DNA of 35,481 nucleotides, taken from IMG/VR virus record IMGVR_UViG_3300033068_001655. One strand, given 5' to 3'. This DNA comes from a virus (Duplodnaviria > Heunggongvirae > Uroviricota > Caudoviricetes). The translations under genes and the position numbers were made by a program. Positions 1 through 7,559 of this stretch are shown piece after piece. The notes below the pieces were generated by a model that saw only the letters and a list, made by a program, of their open reading frames with translations, was not told the origin of the DNA and made no database searches. Numbering within the stretch: the first letter of the stretch is position 1; each line of letters begins with the position of its first letter.

Positions 1-11
1 GAATATATTTG

Positions 12-93
12 AGCCAGTGACAGGATTCGAACCTGCGGTGTTGGAGTTCTCCCTTACAAGGGGAGTGCAATCGACCATCTATGCAACACTGGC
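12..93 (-). tRNA. tRNA-Thr(UGU) with 12-nt variable region
   Basis: GCCAGTG/CACTGGC acceptor, CTCCC-CTTGTAA-GGGAG anticodon arm, GCAGG-TTCGAAT-CCTGT T arm; G1-C72, C2-G71, U73; CCA not encoded. Confidence 0.88.
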
Positions 94-97
94 GTAT

Positions 98-129
98 AAA
101 AAAAGACCCAAACTTATGTTCGGGTCTTT
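98..129 (-). terminator. Intrinsic terminator/attenuator upstream of tRNA-Thr
   Basis: AAAGACCCGAAC-ATAA-GTTTGGGTCTTT followed by a U run; ends 4 nt before the tRNA. Confidence 0.85.
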
Positions 130-156
130 AGAAATTTTTTATAATATAACTTTGCT

Positions 157-246
157 TTATACCATACATATCTCATTACCCGAAGTCGTGCTATTCACAC
201 AATTCGTAATCGTAATCACATTAATATTTATAGTATTTGTTTTCAT
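157..246 (-). CDS. Putative attenuator leader peptide 1 (29 aa, MKTNTININVITITNCVNSTTSGNEICMV)
   Basis: Hand-translated. ATG follows promoter motifs; 6 Thr and 6 Asn codons; contains TTCGGGT (178-184), complementary to the terminator 5' arm. Confidence 0.75.
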   Translation of the reverse strand: MKTNTININVITITNCVNSTTSGNEICMV

Positions 247-300
247 TGTATTATATATTATATTTTTATTGTCCCTTTTTGTTTTTCTTTAATTATAGTA

Positions 301-308
301 CAAATATA
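301..308 (-). promoter_or_regulatory. Bacteroidota sigma70-type -7 element (TATATTTG) upstream of leader 1
   Basis: Matches TAnnTTTG. The motif recurs upstream of genes at 2055, 2343, 13371, 13780, 15065, 16914, 22301, 22376(+), 26867, 29969 and 31205. Confidence 0.7.
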
Positions 309-328
309 CTATAAGTTTTTTAATCTAC

Positions 329-553
329 CTAATCTTTTATTATATTTTTTAATTTTTCTTCTCTCAATTCTCTAATAGTAACATCTTTTGCTATTTCAGT
401 ATTAAAGATAACATATGTTGAATCGCAATTATCACAAGCCCATTTTTCATCACTAAAAGGTGGATCAACTTCACAATACTCAATTTCATCCTTTTTACAA
501 TGTAAACAAGGTTTCACTTCATATATCTTATCTTCAACTTTAATTAGTTTCAT
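329..553 (-). CDS. Small Cys-containing hypothetical protein with C-terminal R-E-x-K-L motif
   Basis: CLHC...CDNC putative Zn ligands; ends [12 protein letters not shown]. Confidence 0.7.
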   Translation of the reverse strand: MKLIKVEDKIYEVKPCLHCKKDEIEYCEVDPPFSDEKWACDNCDSTYVIFNTEIAKDVTIRELREEKLKNIIKD

Positions 554-567
554 ATTTTAAATTTTTG

Positions 568-650
568 TACGGGTAGTCGGACTCGAACCGACACGTCCTT
601 TCGGACACTGGCTTCTAAAACCAGCGGGTCTACCATTCCCCCATACCCGC
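568..650 (-). tRNA. tRNA-Leu(UAG)
   Basis: CTGGT-TTTAGAA-GCCAG arm, long variable arm, canonical T arm, A73. Confidence 0.95.
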
Positions 651-657
651 GTATTTG

Positions 658-740
658 TATCGAAAGTGGGACTCGAACCCACACGTTCATTTGAACACTA
701 TGTTTTGAGCATAGCACGTCTACCATTTCATCATTTCGAC
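658..740 (-). tRNA. tRNA-Leu(CAA)
   Basis: CTATG-CTCAAAA-CATAG arm, class II cloverleaf. Confidence 0.95.
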
Positions 741-746
741 ATTTTG

Positions 747-829
747 TACCGAGAGCGGGACTCGAACCCGCACGTCCTTTCGGACACTGGCTTCTTAGAC
801 CAGCGTGTCTACCATTCCACCACCTCGGC
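747..829 (-). tRNA. tRNA-Leu(AAG), A34 anticodon
   Basis: CTGGT-CTAAGAA-GCCAG arm; body nearly identical to the Leu(UAG) copy. Confidence 0.92.
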
Positions 830-837
830 TTATTTTG

Positions 838-922
838 TATCGGAGGAGGGACTCGAACCCTCACGCCCCTTCCGGGACACAGCATTTTAAGTGCTGCGTG
901 TCTACCATTCCACCACTCCGAC
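838..922 (-). tRNA. tRNA-Leu(UAA)
   Basis: CAGCA-CTTAAAA-TGCTG arm, class II cloverleaf. Confidence 0.95.
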
Positions 923-932
923 AAGTGATTTG

Positions 933-1013
933 TACCCCGTGTAGGATTCGAACCTACATTTTCAGCTTCCAATTACCCTTAACTGTTTAGAAGACAGTCG
1001 GGACTAACGGGGC
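933..1013 (-). tRNA. Rearranged tRNA-like RNA, anticodon UCU (Arg), 81 nt
   Basis: 7-bp acceptor and T arm intact; ACTGT-CTTCTAA-ACAGT arm starts 8 nt after the acceptor; D-loop-like AATTGGA lies 3' of the anticodon arm. Confidence 0.7.
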
Positions 1014-1018
1014 ATATT

Positions 1019-1474
1019 TTATTTACGACAATATGTTTCAGTTTGACTATGGCAATTCGGACACAAAATTCTAAGATTTAATAACCTATTATCCATATTA
1101 TTACCATTTATATGATCTAAGTGCATTACAATTGGTTTACTATTCCAATCAGTTAGTTCACATATTTCACATTTGTTCTCTTTTAATTTTGCAGAGAATA
1201 ATTTTTCTTTTAATCTACCATTATTTGTGTAGGTAGAATTTTCTATTAAAATTTCCTCAAGAGAACAAGTCTTACCAAAATTTCTATATCTGGTTCCACT
1301 ATTCCATCCTTGTCCTGTAAAGTGTGAGGTGTCAATTTCTAATAATTTAAAATACTTTTTTAGTGTTTTATAATTACCACCAACTGGTCTCATTTCTAAT
1401 TTTCTACAGACTTCTGCAACGGATAGTGATTCTTTTACTATCGGTTCTAATGTTTCTTTATTATACTTACTCAT
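1019..1474 (-). CDS. HNH homing endonuclease inside the Leu/Arg tRNA operon
   Basis: CEIC...HLDHINGNNMDNRLLNLRILCPNCH motif. Confidence 0.88.
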   Translation of the reverse strand: MSKYNKETLEPIVKESLSVAEVCRKLEMRPVGGNYKTLKKYFKLLEIDTSHFTGQGWNSGTRYRNFGKTCSLEEILIENSTYTNNGRLKEKLFSAKLKENKCEICELTDWNSKPIVMHLDHINGNNMDNRLLNLRILCPNCHSQTETYCRK

Positions 1475-1550
1475 AATTTATATTTATTTTAGTATATATA
1501 TTAAAACTTAAAACTCGATTTTTTCAAAAACCACCAAGTATCACTTTTTG

Positions 1551-1634
1551 TACCGAGAACGGGAATCGAACCCGTACGCCATAAAGGCACGAGATTTTAA
1601 GTCTCGCATGTACTACCTATTTCATCACCTCGGC
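1551..1634 (-). tRNA. tRNA-Leu(UAA)
   Basis: CGAGA-CTTAAAA-TCTCG arm, class II. Confidence 0.95.
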
Positions 1635-1640
1635 TTTTTG

Positions 1641-1725
1641 TACGTCTGGAGGGACTCGAACCCTCACGGTCATTCTGACCACTAGGGCTTAAACCTAGCG
1701 TGACTTCCAATTCCACCACAAACGC
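1641..1725 (-). tRNA. tRNA-Leu(UAA)
   Basis: CTAGG-TTTAAGC-CCTAG arm, class II. Confidence 0.92.
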
Positions 1726-1745
1726 ATTTTGTGACATTTTTTTTG

Positions 1746-1817
1746 TGACCCCACAGGGATTCGAACCCCGATTGAAAGCTTAGAAGGCTTTAGTCCTATC
1801 CGTTGAACGATGAGGCC
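1746..1817 (-). tRNA. tRNA-Arg(UCU)
   Basis: AAAGC-CTTCTAA-GCTTT arm, canonical cloverleaf. Confidence 0.93.
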
Positions 1818-1834
1818 AATTATTTATTTTACAT

Positions 1835-1867
1835 AAAAAAACCCGAAACTTTTACATTTCGGGTTTT
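1835..1867 (-). terminator. Intrinsic terminator/attenuator of the Arg/Leu tRNA operon
   Basis: AAAACCCGAAA-TGTAAAAG-TTTCGGGTTTT plus U run; ends 17 nt before tRNA-Arg. Confidence 0.87.
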
Positions 1868-1895
1868 GTTATATTATTTAGATACTTTCAGTTAT

Positions 1896-1997
1896 TTACA
1901 TACTAAAATTACTTGCTCTAAATATAGCAAAACCCGGTTCACGTCTTAGACATAAGACATTCAGCGTTAAGTTAATATTTAGATTAGTTGTTTTCAT
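1896..1997 (-). CDS. Putative attenuator leader peptide 2 (33 aa, MKTTNLNINLTLNVLCLRREPGFAIFRASNFSM)
   Basis: Hand-translated. 5 Leu codons then AGA-CGT; codons 21-26 carry CGGGTTTTGCTATATT (1921-1936), a 15/16 complement of 1860-1875. Confidence 0.8.
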   Translation of the reverse strand: MKTTNLNINLTLNVLCLRREPGFAIFRASNFSM

Positions 1998-2002
1998 TAT
2001 TG

Positions 2003-2014
2003 TATATATTAAAA
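2003..2014 (-). promoter_or_regulatory. Recurrent phage motif TTTTAATATATA (putative phage-specific promoter)
   Basis: Exact or near copies upstream of genes at 252, 1495, 5575, 7062(+), 17008, 19954, 28558, 30203, 31252(+) and 32835(+). Confidence 0.6.
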
Positions 2015-2054
2015 GTTTATTCTCCCTTTTTGTTATTTTGTTATTTTTATAGTA

Positions 2055-2086
2055 CAAAAGTATAAAAAGTTTTATAATGTACCAAA
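2055..2086 (-). promoter_or_regulatory. Bacteroidota-type promoter (TTTG-N20-TACTTTTG) for leader 2
   Basis: -33 TTTG at 2083-2086 and -7 TAnnTTTG at 2055-2062. Confidence 0.75.
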
Positions 2087-2087
2087 T

Positions 2088-2315
2088 TTATTTTAATTTA
2101 TTTTCAAAAAATTCTGAAAGTTCTTTTATCAACTGTTCATTATCTTTTTGTGTTTTATCTTCATCTGCACTGTCAATAGGATCATCGAACCATAATCCTT
2201 TATTATCAAATCCTTTTGTTTTTACCCAAGTGATTAAATCATTTAATCCCCAGAATACTTCTTGTGGAGTGTCTGAACCCCAAGAGTGCATAAGTGTTAA
2301 GAAAAATTTTTCCAT
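2088..2315 (-). CDS. Hypothetical protein
   Basis: 75-aa ORF with TATATTTG upstream at 2343. Confidence 0.65.
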   Translation of the reverse strand: MEKFFLTLMHSWGSDTPQEVFWGLNDLITWVKTKGFDNKGLWFDDPIDSADEDKTQKDNEQLIKELSEFFENKLK

Positions 2316-2587
2316 TTTTTTATTTTTATTTTTTTTATTCTACAAATATAAGAAATTTTTTTATATCTAGATTAAAATTGAAAAAACACGTACCATCAAG
2401 CACATGTTTTTTCATCACACTAACTTCCGTTTTAATATTAAAAAGGTTGTTGTGAATAATCCATTTCGTAATAATCCTCCTGAAAAGGGTAACCTCCAAT
2501 CCACTAGTATAATGGTTGTGTTTTCCGAATTATTGGAAATAAATTTCTTTACTATTACTATATATAAACTTTTAAAATCGTTTTTTA

Positions 2588-5554
2588 TTAAATAAGTTTA
2601 AGTATTCCTATATTATAGTGTATTTCATATTTATCTAAACCAGTACCTTGTGCATTACTAGGTCTTATTAATTCATTTCTACTTGCATCTACTAAAGAAC
2701 CTTTACTTTTTAAAGTAACTGATTCAACTGAGTCACCTGATAGTAATCCTTTTACTCTAAATTCATTACCAATGAATGTGAATTCTTGACCATATATCTT
2801 TTCTTGATCTAATGCAATTATTGATAGATTTGGTTTCTTTTCAGTATAGTAGATATTTATATCACCAAAGTCAACACCATTGTTACACTTATATAGGTAT
2901 CTATCATATAATTTACTATATCTTATTTTATCTAATCTTTTACTTTTTTTATTTTTCTTTCTAATTTCTTTTAGAAAAGGTCTTATTGTAGTAATATCAA
3001 TTATATCTTCTGATGCTATTTTTTGTTTAAAATCATCTAAAAGTTGTTTTACATTGACATAATTAGATTTTATATTAACTTTATATGGGACAGTATTAAT
3101 AGATACTAATTTAGAAAAATTAAGATTATTTATAATATGTGAATATGAAGTATCAGTTGCAATTCTATTTAATCTTATTTCTGGATGAGTACCTTCATTT
3201 TTCTCTTCAATCAAATGGTATAATACATCTTCTGAACCAATTGGATTAAAACCTGGTCTTTTAGCAACACCACCATATTTTGCTAATTTCTTCCCATTCT
3301 TACCCCATACTTTATTTAGTGCTCCTGCTATTTTTTCTTTTTTACCATTAACATAAAGTGTAAATTTATACAATGTTGTTTTACCAAATTTTTTATACCC
3401 GGATAAAAGTTGTAAAAATTGTTTATAAGTATTAGTTGCATCAATATTACCATATATTTTACCTGAATAAGAAACTAAAACTGAATTAGATTTAATTTTA
3501 GTAGAAAGTACTTTTCTTTTTAAATCTAATTCCATTTTAATTGGATCAATAAGTGAATCTCTTTTCTCTTCCAATGATTGTATTTTATCATCTATTGCTA
3601 TTTGATCACTATTATCATATAAAACACCATCATATGTAAATGTTTGGTTTGTGTAGATGCCTTCTACAAGAAGTGTTTTTTTATCTTCTATTGCATTATT
3701 AAAATTATCATAGTAATTTTGTGCAAAGGTATAATAATGAGATAGTCTTTTTTCTGCTACTTTTATATCATATGTTGTATTATCATAAGAAACATTATTG
3801 GAGTAGTATTGACCTCTTTTTAATTCAACATCTCTATTATTTATTTCTCCATTATAATAATTAGATATTCTATCTAATTCATTAGTAGCAACTTCTTTTG
3901 CGGAAGTTTTATTATCCACATTGAAGGTAGTTCCATCAAAGATGATAGGTCTATTTATATATGTATTATTTTCTACTAATGTAGTTTGATTGTCCATAGC
4001 TATTTGAAGTCCGCTAATATGATTCTGCTTTGAAGAAATTGCATTAAGTAATCCATCTTTGCTATTATATGTTAATGTATTAGAAGTTGTACCCAAAATT
4101 GTTGTACTAGTAAATATTGGCATATCATTTTCTGTAAAAGCTCCTGAAATTGAATCAACATCATAGATTGATGTATATTCATCCCAATCAGAAATTAGTT
4201 TATCTAAAGCTAACTGTTTATTAGAAACTGCTATTTGTGCATCAGAAATTGTATTATACGTACGTCCTTCAAATGAAAAATATTCACTTGCAGTATCAAT
4301 GGCATATTGAAATCTTGTAGTATAATCTTTTATATAATTTCTGGCATCATCAATTGTATTAAATGTTGCACCATTTATTGAAAAGGTTTCCTTTGCAGTG
4401 TTGATAGCATATTCAAACTTTGAATAGTAATCATCTGAATAACTTTTGAAATTGTCTAAAGCCATTCTTGCTTCTTCAATTGTATTGTAATTTCTATCTA
4501 AATATTCAAATTGTTCTCTTGATTTAGTAATTACATATTGAAAATCATTTATAGGTTGACTTAATAATTCATATTGTCGATCTATATAGTTTTGTGCATC
4601 ACTAAAATTACTAAATGACATACCATTAAAAGAAAATGCTTGTGCATTTAATAAGGAATCATCTATTGTTTTTTTAAATTCTTTAATAAACTCTTTAGAA
4701 TTATTTAAGTATTCAATATCAAGTCTTACCTCATAAAAATTACCTAATTCAAATTTATAGTCAGTATATACTGATAACTTTTTATTTTTATCATAAGTTA
4801 TACTTGCAGCAATTGAAAATGGACTAAACTTATTTTGATACTTTGCTTTTAAATAATATTCTTGTGTTTGTTGATTAGGTTTAATTGGTGGTATTTTATC
4901 ACTGAAGTCAACACCATAAGGAGCCATTGCACCAAATGAAATGTTATTGTTTCCGTTTTGATTTTCATAATTAAATGATATTAAATCACTTCTTCTTGTT
5001 GTATATTGTTTAAGTACCTTATTTCTTCCATAAGTCTTTGCAGGAAATCTGTTTAATCTAAAATTAAAACCTACTGAGTATTTATCTTTGATTTTAATAT
5101 CATGTAGATATTTATCTTGATTAATACTCGGATTTTTACTTATACTTAAATTTGGTTTACCATCATAGTGAGTTAAGTCATCAATAAGTCCTTGATTGGT
5201 CTTATTAATACCCAATACTTCACCATATTCTATTTTAGAACAATTAATAATTAAATCACTATATGGAGTATAGTAATCTTTAGTGCTTATTTCAGGTGAG
5301 TAATGAAATGCAGTTTTATAACCTGAATTAGAATAGTTTGTATCATTTAATGTTTTAATATGATCATTTAATGTAGATGATATTACATCTAACTTATTTA
5401 ATACTTCAACTGGTAGGTTGACTTGTTTAGAATTTATAATTTTAGTTGAAACTCTATTTTTAAATGACTCTAGTTGTGTTTTGTTAAATTCTGATAAATT
5501 TAAAGCTCTTTCATGATCAATATTTATACCTTTGATAAAATCGTTTATATTCAC
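2588..5554 (-). CDS. Large repeat-containing protein with C-terminal MBG-like domain (possible virion/adhesion protein)
   Basis: GTG start; internal F-x-x-x-G-x-x-(F/Y)-x-T-x-x-(D/E)-A repeats; C-terminal KIYGQE...GLLSGDSVESVTL...NAQGTGLDKYEIHYNIGILKL resembles MBG(YG) adhesin domains. Confidence 0.6.
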   Translation of the reverse strand: MNINDFIKGINIDHERALNLSEFNKTQLESFKNRVSTKIINSKQVNLPVEVLNKLDVISSTLNDHIKTLNDTNYSNSGYKTAFHYSPEISTKDYYTPYSDLIINCSKIEYGEVLGINKTNQGLIDDLTHYDGKPNLSISKNPSINQDKYLHDIKIKDKYSVGFNFRLNRFPAKTYGRNKVLKQYTTRRSDLISFNYENQNGNNNISFGAMAPYGVDFSDKIPPIKPNQQTQEYYLKAKYQNKFSPFSIAASITYDKNKKLSVYTDYKFELGNFYEVRLDIEYLNNSKEFIKEFKKTIDDSLLNAQAFSFNGMSFSNFSDAQNYIDRQYELLSQPINDFQYVITKSREQFEYLDRNYNTIEEARMALDNFKSYSDDYYSKFEYAINTAKETFSINGATFNTIDDARNYIKDYTTRFQYAIDTASEYFSFEGRTYNTISDAQIAVSNKQLALDKLISDWDEYTSIYDVDSISGAFTENDMPIFTSTTILGTTSNTLTYNSKDGLLNAISSKQNHISGLQIAMDNQTTLVENNTYINRPIIFDGTTFNVDNKTSAKEVATNELDRISNYYNGEINNRDVELKRGQYYSNNVSYDNTTYDIKVAEKRLSHYYTFAQNYYDNFNNAIEDKKTLLVEGIYTNQTFTYDGVLYDNSDQIAIDDKIQSLEEKRDSLIDPIKMELDLKRKVLSTKIKSNSVLVSYSGKIYGNIDATNTYKQFLQLLSGYKKFGKTTLYKFTLYVNGKKEKIAGALNKVWGKNGKKLAKYGGVAKRPGFNPIGSEDVLYHLIEEKNEGTHPEIRLNRIATDTSYSHIINNLNFSKLVSINTVPYKVNIKSNYVNVKQLLDDFKQKIASEDIIDITTIRPFLKEIRKKNKKSKRLDKIRYSKLYDRYLYKCNNGVDFGDINIYYTEKKPNLSIIALDQEKIYGQEFTFIGNEFRVKGLLSGDSVESVTLKSKGSLVDASRNELIRPSNAQGTGLDKYEIHYNIGILKLI

Positions 5555-5587
5555 TTAATTATATTTTTTTAAGTTATATATTAAAAA

Positions 5588-5761
5588 TTACTTTTGATTA
5601 TTTTGTTGTTGTTTTCTTTTCTTCCAAGATTCAACGTCATTTTCAATGTACTTTCTAATCCTTTTAGAAGCATTCATTGAATTATCATCACAAAACTCTT
5701 GAAACTCCTCCAATAGCTTCTCTGATATTCTAATTATAAAGTTTCTATCTTTATTTGCCAT
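5588..5761 (-). CDS. Ribbon-helix-helix DNA-binding protein (57 aa, not in ORF track)
   Basis: Hand-translated MANKDRNFIIRISEKLLEEFQEFCDDNSMNASKRIRKYIENDVESWKKRKQQQNNQK; Arc/CopG-like strand-helix-helix pattern. Confidence 0.7.
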   Translation of the reverse strand: MANKDRNFIIRISEKLLEEFQEFCDDNSMNASKRIRKYIENDVESWKKRKQQQNNQK

Positions 5762-5765
5762 AAAT

Positions 5766-5951
5766 TTATTTTATTTTATAAGCATCTTCTAGAGCATAAA
5801 TTAAAAGTGCGATACCAACACCAAATATAAATGATTGTTCAATTATACCTATTAGGTTAAAATTGGGTAGGTTCATTAAGAATAATAAACCGGATGCTGC
5901 AAAAATTCCTTTAGTGTAGTATTTAGCTAAAGATTTTAAGTGTTTCATCAT
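5766..5951 (-). CDS. Small membrane protein
   Basis: Two hydrophobic segments. Confidence 0.6.
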   Translation of the reverse strand: MMKHLKSLAKYYTKGIFAASGLLFLMNLPNFNLIGIIEQSFIFGVGIALLIYALEDAYKIK

Positions 5952-5980
5952 GCAACTTATATTATTTTTTTGTGAATAGT

Positions 5981-6328
5981 TTATATTTTTTTCTCAACAT
6001 AAGTAACTATTTCTCCTGGAGTAAATTCTTTCTCTAAAAGTAATGGTAGTGATGTTTCTTTACACCAAGCATAAACAGTATATCCTTTGTAATTTTCTAA
6101 AACAAATTCCCATCTAGTTTCCCAAAGTTTTCTATAAATACCTCTTCTACGGTAATCATCGTGTACCCAAGCATCTAAGAATTTTATACGATTATCTTTT
6201 TCAACATTCATAAAGATATGTCCAACTGATAGATTTTTTTCAGTGTCGATTGCAGTCCACATTTCCAATGTTTGACCGTTTGTCTTGATGTAAGTGATGA
6301 TAAGGTTTTCCATAAAACTATATATCAT
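5981..6328 (-). CDS. GNAT acetyltransferase
   Basis: Motif A: DAWVHDDYRRRGIYRKLW. Confidence 0.85.
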   Translation of the reverse strand: MIYSFMENLIITYIKTNGQTLEMWTAIDTEKNLSVGHIFMNVEKDNRIKFLDAWVHDDYRRRGIYRKLWETRWEFVLENYKGYTVYAWCKETSLPLLLEKEFTPGEIVTYVEKKI

Positions 6329-6368
6329 AAAAATAAAATAAAAAACCTGTATTTCTACAGGTTTTTTC

Positions 6369-7022
6369 TTAATAAATTAGTTCTGATACTTTAATAGAAG
6401 ATTTAACGTCTTTTTCACAATAAGTTTTAACATCATTTACCCGACCTTCCCAATAAGCGATGTGTACTTCTGAGCCATTCATATTATCTTTAGGTGATTC
6501 AACTCCTAATTCATAACACATTTCATCAAATGAAAAAGCCCAAGCAAATTTACCACGCCAATCATCAGATAAATCAACAACTCTCATTTCCCAAGGTTTT
6601 TTATTATGAGTAAGTATAATGTCTGCTGGTTTAATACCATATTTATATAATTTGTGTAAAATCCAAGGAATATCAAAATACATTATTCTAAACCCAGATA
6701 AGTTAAATGATTTAGTTTCAATCTTTTTCAATAGTTCATTAAATCTATTTACAATGTCTTTTTCATCATCTCCACAAAAGCTAGATATTCTATACTCACC
6801 GTTATCTATAAACCCAAATGAAATACAAACGATTTTACCATAAGTTGGTATAATCCCAGCATTATCTAAATAAGCATCATGTATGTTTTCATATTTTTCT
6901 TCCCATTGCATCTTTTGATACTTATTTTTGAACAGATTTGAACCACGTTCATCATTTCTTTCAAATTCCGTAAAGTCTTTATATTGCCCTGCTGTTTCTA
7001 TATCAAAGTGAAATAATTCCAT
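6369..7022 (-). CDS. 3'-5' exonuclease (DnaQ/PolB-exo-like, DEDD)
   Basis: FDIET, FDIPWI and YCEKDV motifs. Confidence 0.85.
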   Translation of the reverse strand: MELFHFDIETAGQYKDFTEFERNDERGSNLFKNKYQKMQWEEKYENIHDAYLDNAGIIPTYGKIVCISFGFIDNGEYRISSFCGDDEKDIVNRFNELLKKIETKSFNLSGFRIMYFDIPWILHKLYKYGIKPADIILTHNKKPWEMRVVDLSDDWRGKFAWAFSFDEMCYELGVESPKDNMNGSEVHIAYWEGRVNDVKTYCEKDVKSSIKVSELIY

Positions 7023-7109
7023 AAAAAGTTTTTCTTATTATATGGTTTTATTGATAGATTGTTTTAATATATAAGACTATGATATTTTTAAGAAGTTTAG
7101 AAGTAAGAG

Positions 7110-7559
7110 ATGAAACATTTAAGAAAGTTTGAGTCTTTGGTAAATCCGGAAAAGGTAGATAAAGAAGAATTGAAAGATTTTTGTGAAATGTATTTATCTT
7201 ATCTTTTAGATGAAGGATTTTATCTACATATAGTTGAACATCATTTTATGTGCGAGATAAATCTACGTAGAGTTGGTTATCCTGAACAATGGCAATATAA
7301 TGGTTTTAAATGGGAGGAAATCGCAGATAGGTTTATACCATTCTTAAAAGTGTTATATGATAACTATGTTAGTTTTGGTAATAAATGTATAAAACTTGAA
7401 ACTGGTGAAGGTATGACTACAAATGTATATATTTCAGACTTCTCAAATAATATGGAACTTGACATCAATAAATTAGAGAGGATTCCAATTACATATAAAC
7501 GTTTATTTGATAAAAGTCCTATTTATAATATATCAATAAAAATTGAAAAAAATAAATGA
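7110..7559 (+). CDS. Hypothetical protein, MKHLRKF-E family paralog 1
   Basis: Shares its N-terminus and DFCEMYLxYLxDEGF with the next gene; TTTTAATATATA upstream. Confidence 0.75.
   Translation: MKHLRKFESLVNPEKVDKEELKDFCEMYLSYLLDEGFYLHIVEHHFMCEINLRRVGYPEQWQYNGFKWEEIADRFIPFLKVLYDNYVSFGNKCIKLETGEGMTTNVYISDFSNNMELDINKLERIPITYKRLFDKSPIYNISIKIEKNK

Noticed and set aside
12-93. Reading this tRNA as Tyr(GUA) by shifting the loop by 1 nt
   Set aside because: The shift introduces a stem mismatch, while the UGU register is perfect and the acceptor is Thr-like.
17-292. 91-aa plus-strand ORF
   Set aside because: It is antisense to tRNA-Thr, the terminator and leader 1, with low-complexity hydrophobic content typical of AT-rich antisense frames.
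568-829. Direct repeats such as cacgtcctttcggacactggcttct as a possible CRISPR array
   Set aside because: The repeats are paralogous tRNA-Leu bodies; there is no repeat-spacer periodicity and no cas gene.
550-990. ORFs 550-972(-), 666-890(+) and 805-990(+)
   Set aside because: They are shadows of the tandem tRNA genes.
933-1013. Rearranged tRNAs as intron-containing or decayed tRNAs
   Set aside because: The extra sequence is not at an intron position, and two divergent copies keep the same length, stem and linker.
2400-2560. Intergenic region with short stems (TCCAAT/ATTGGA, AGGTT/AACCT)
   Set aside because: The stems are short and no family was recognisable; too weak to call without folding or covariation.
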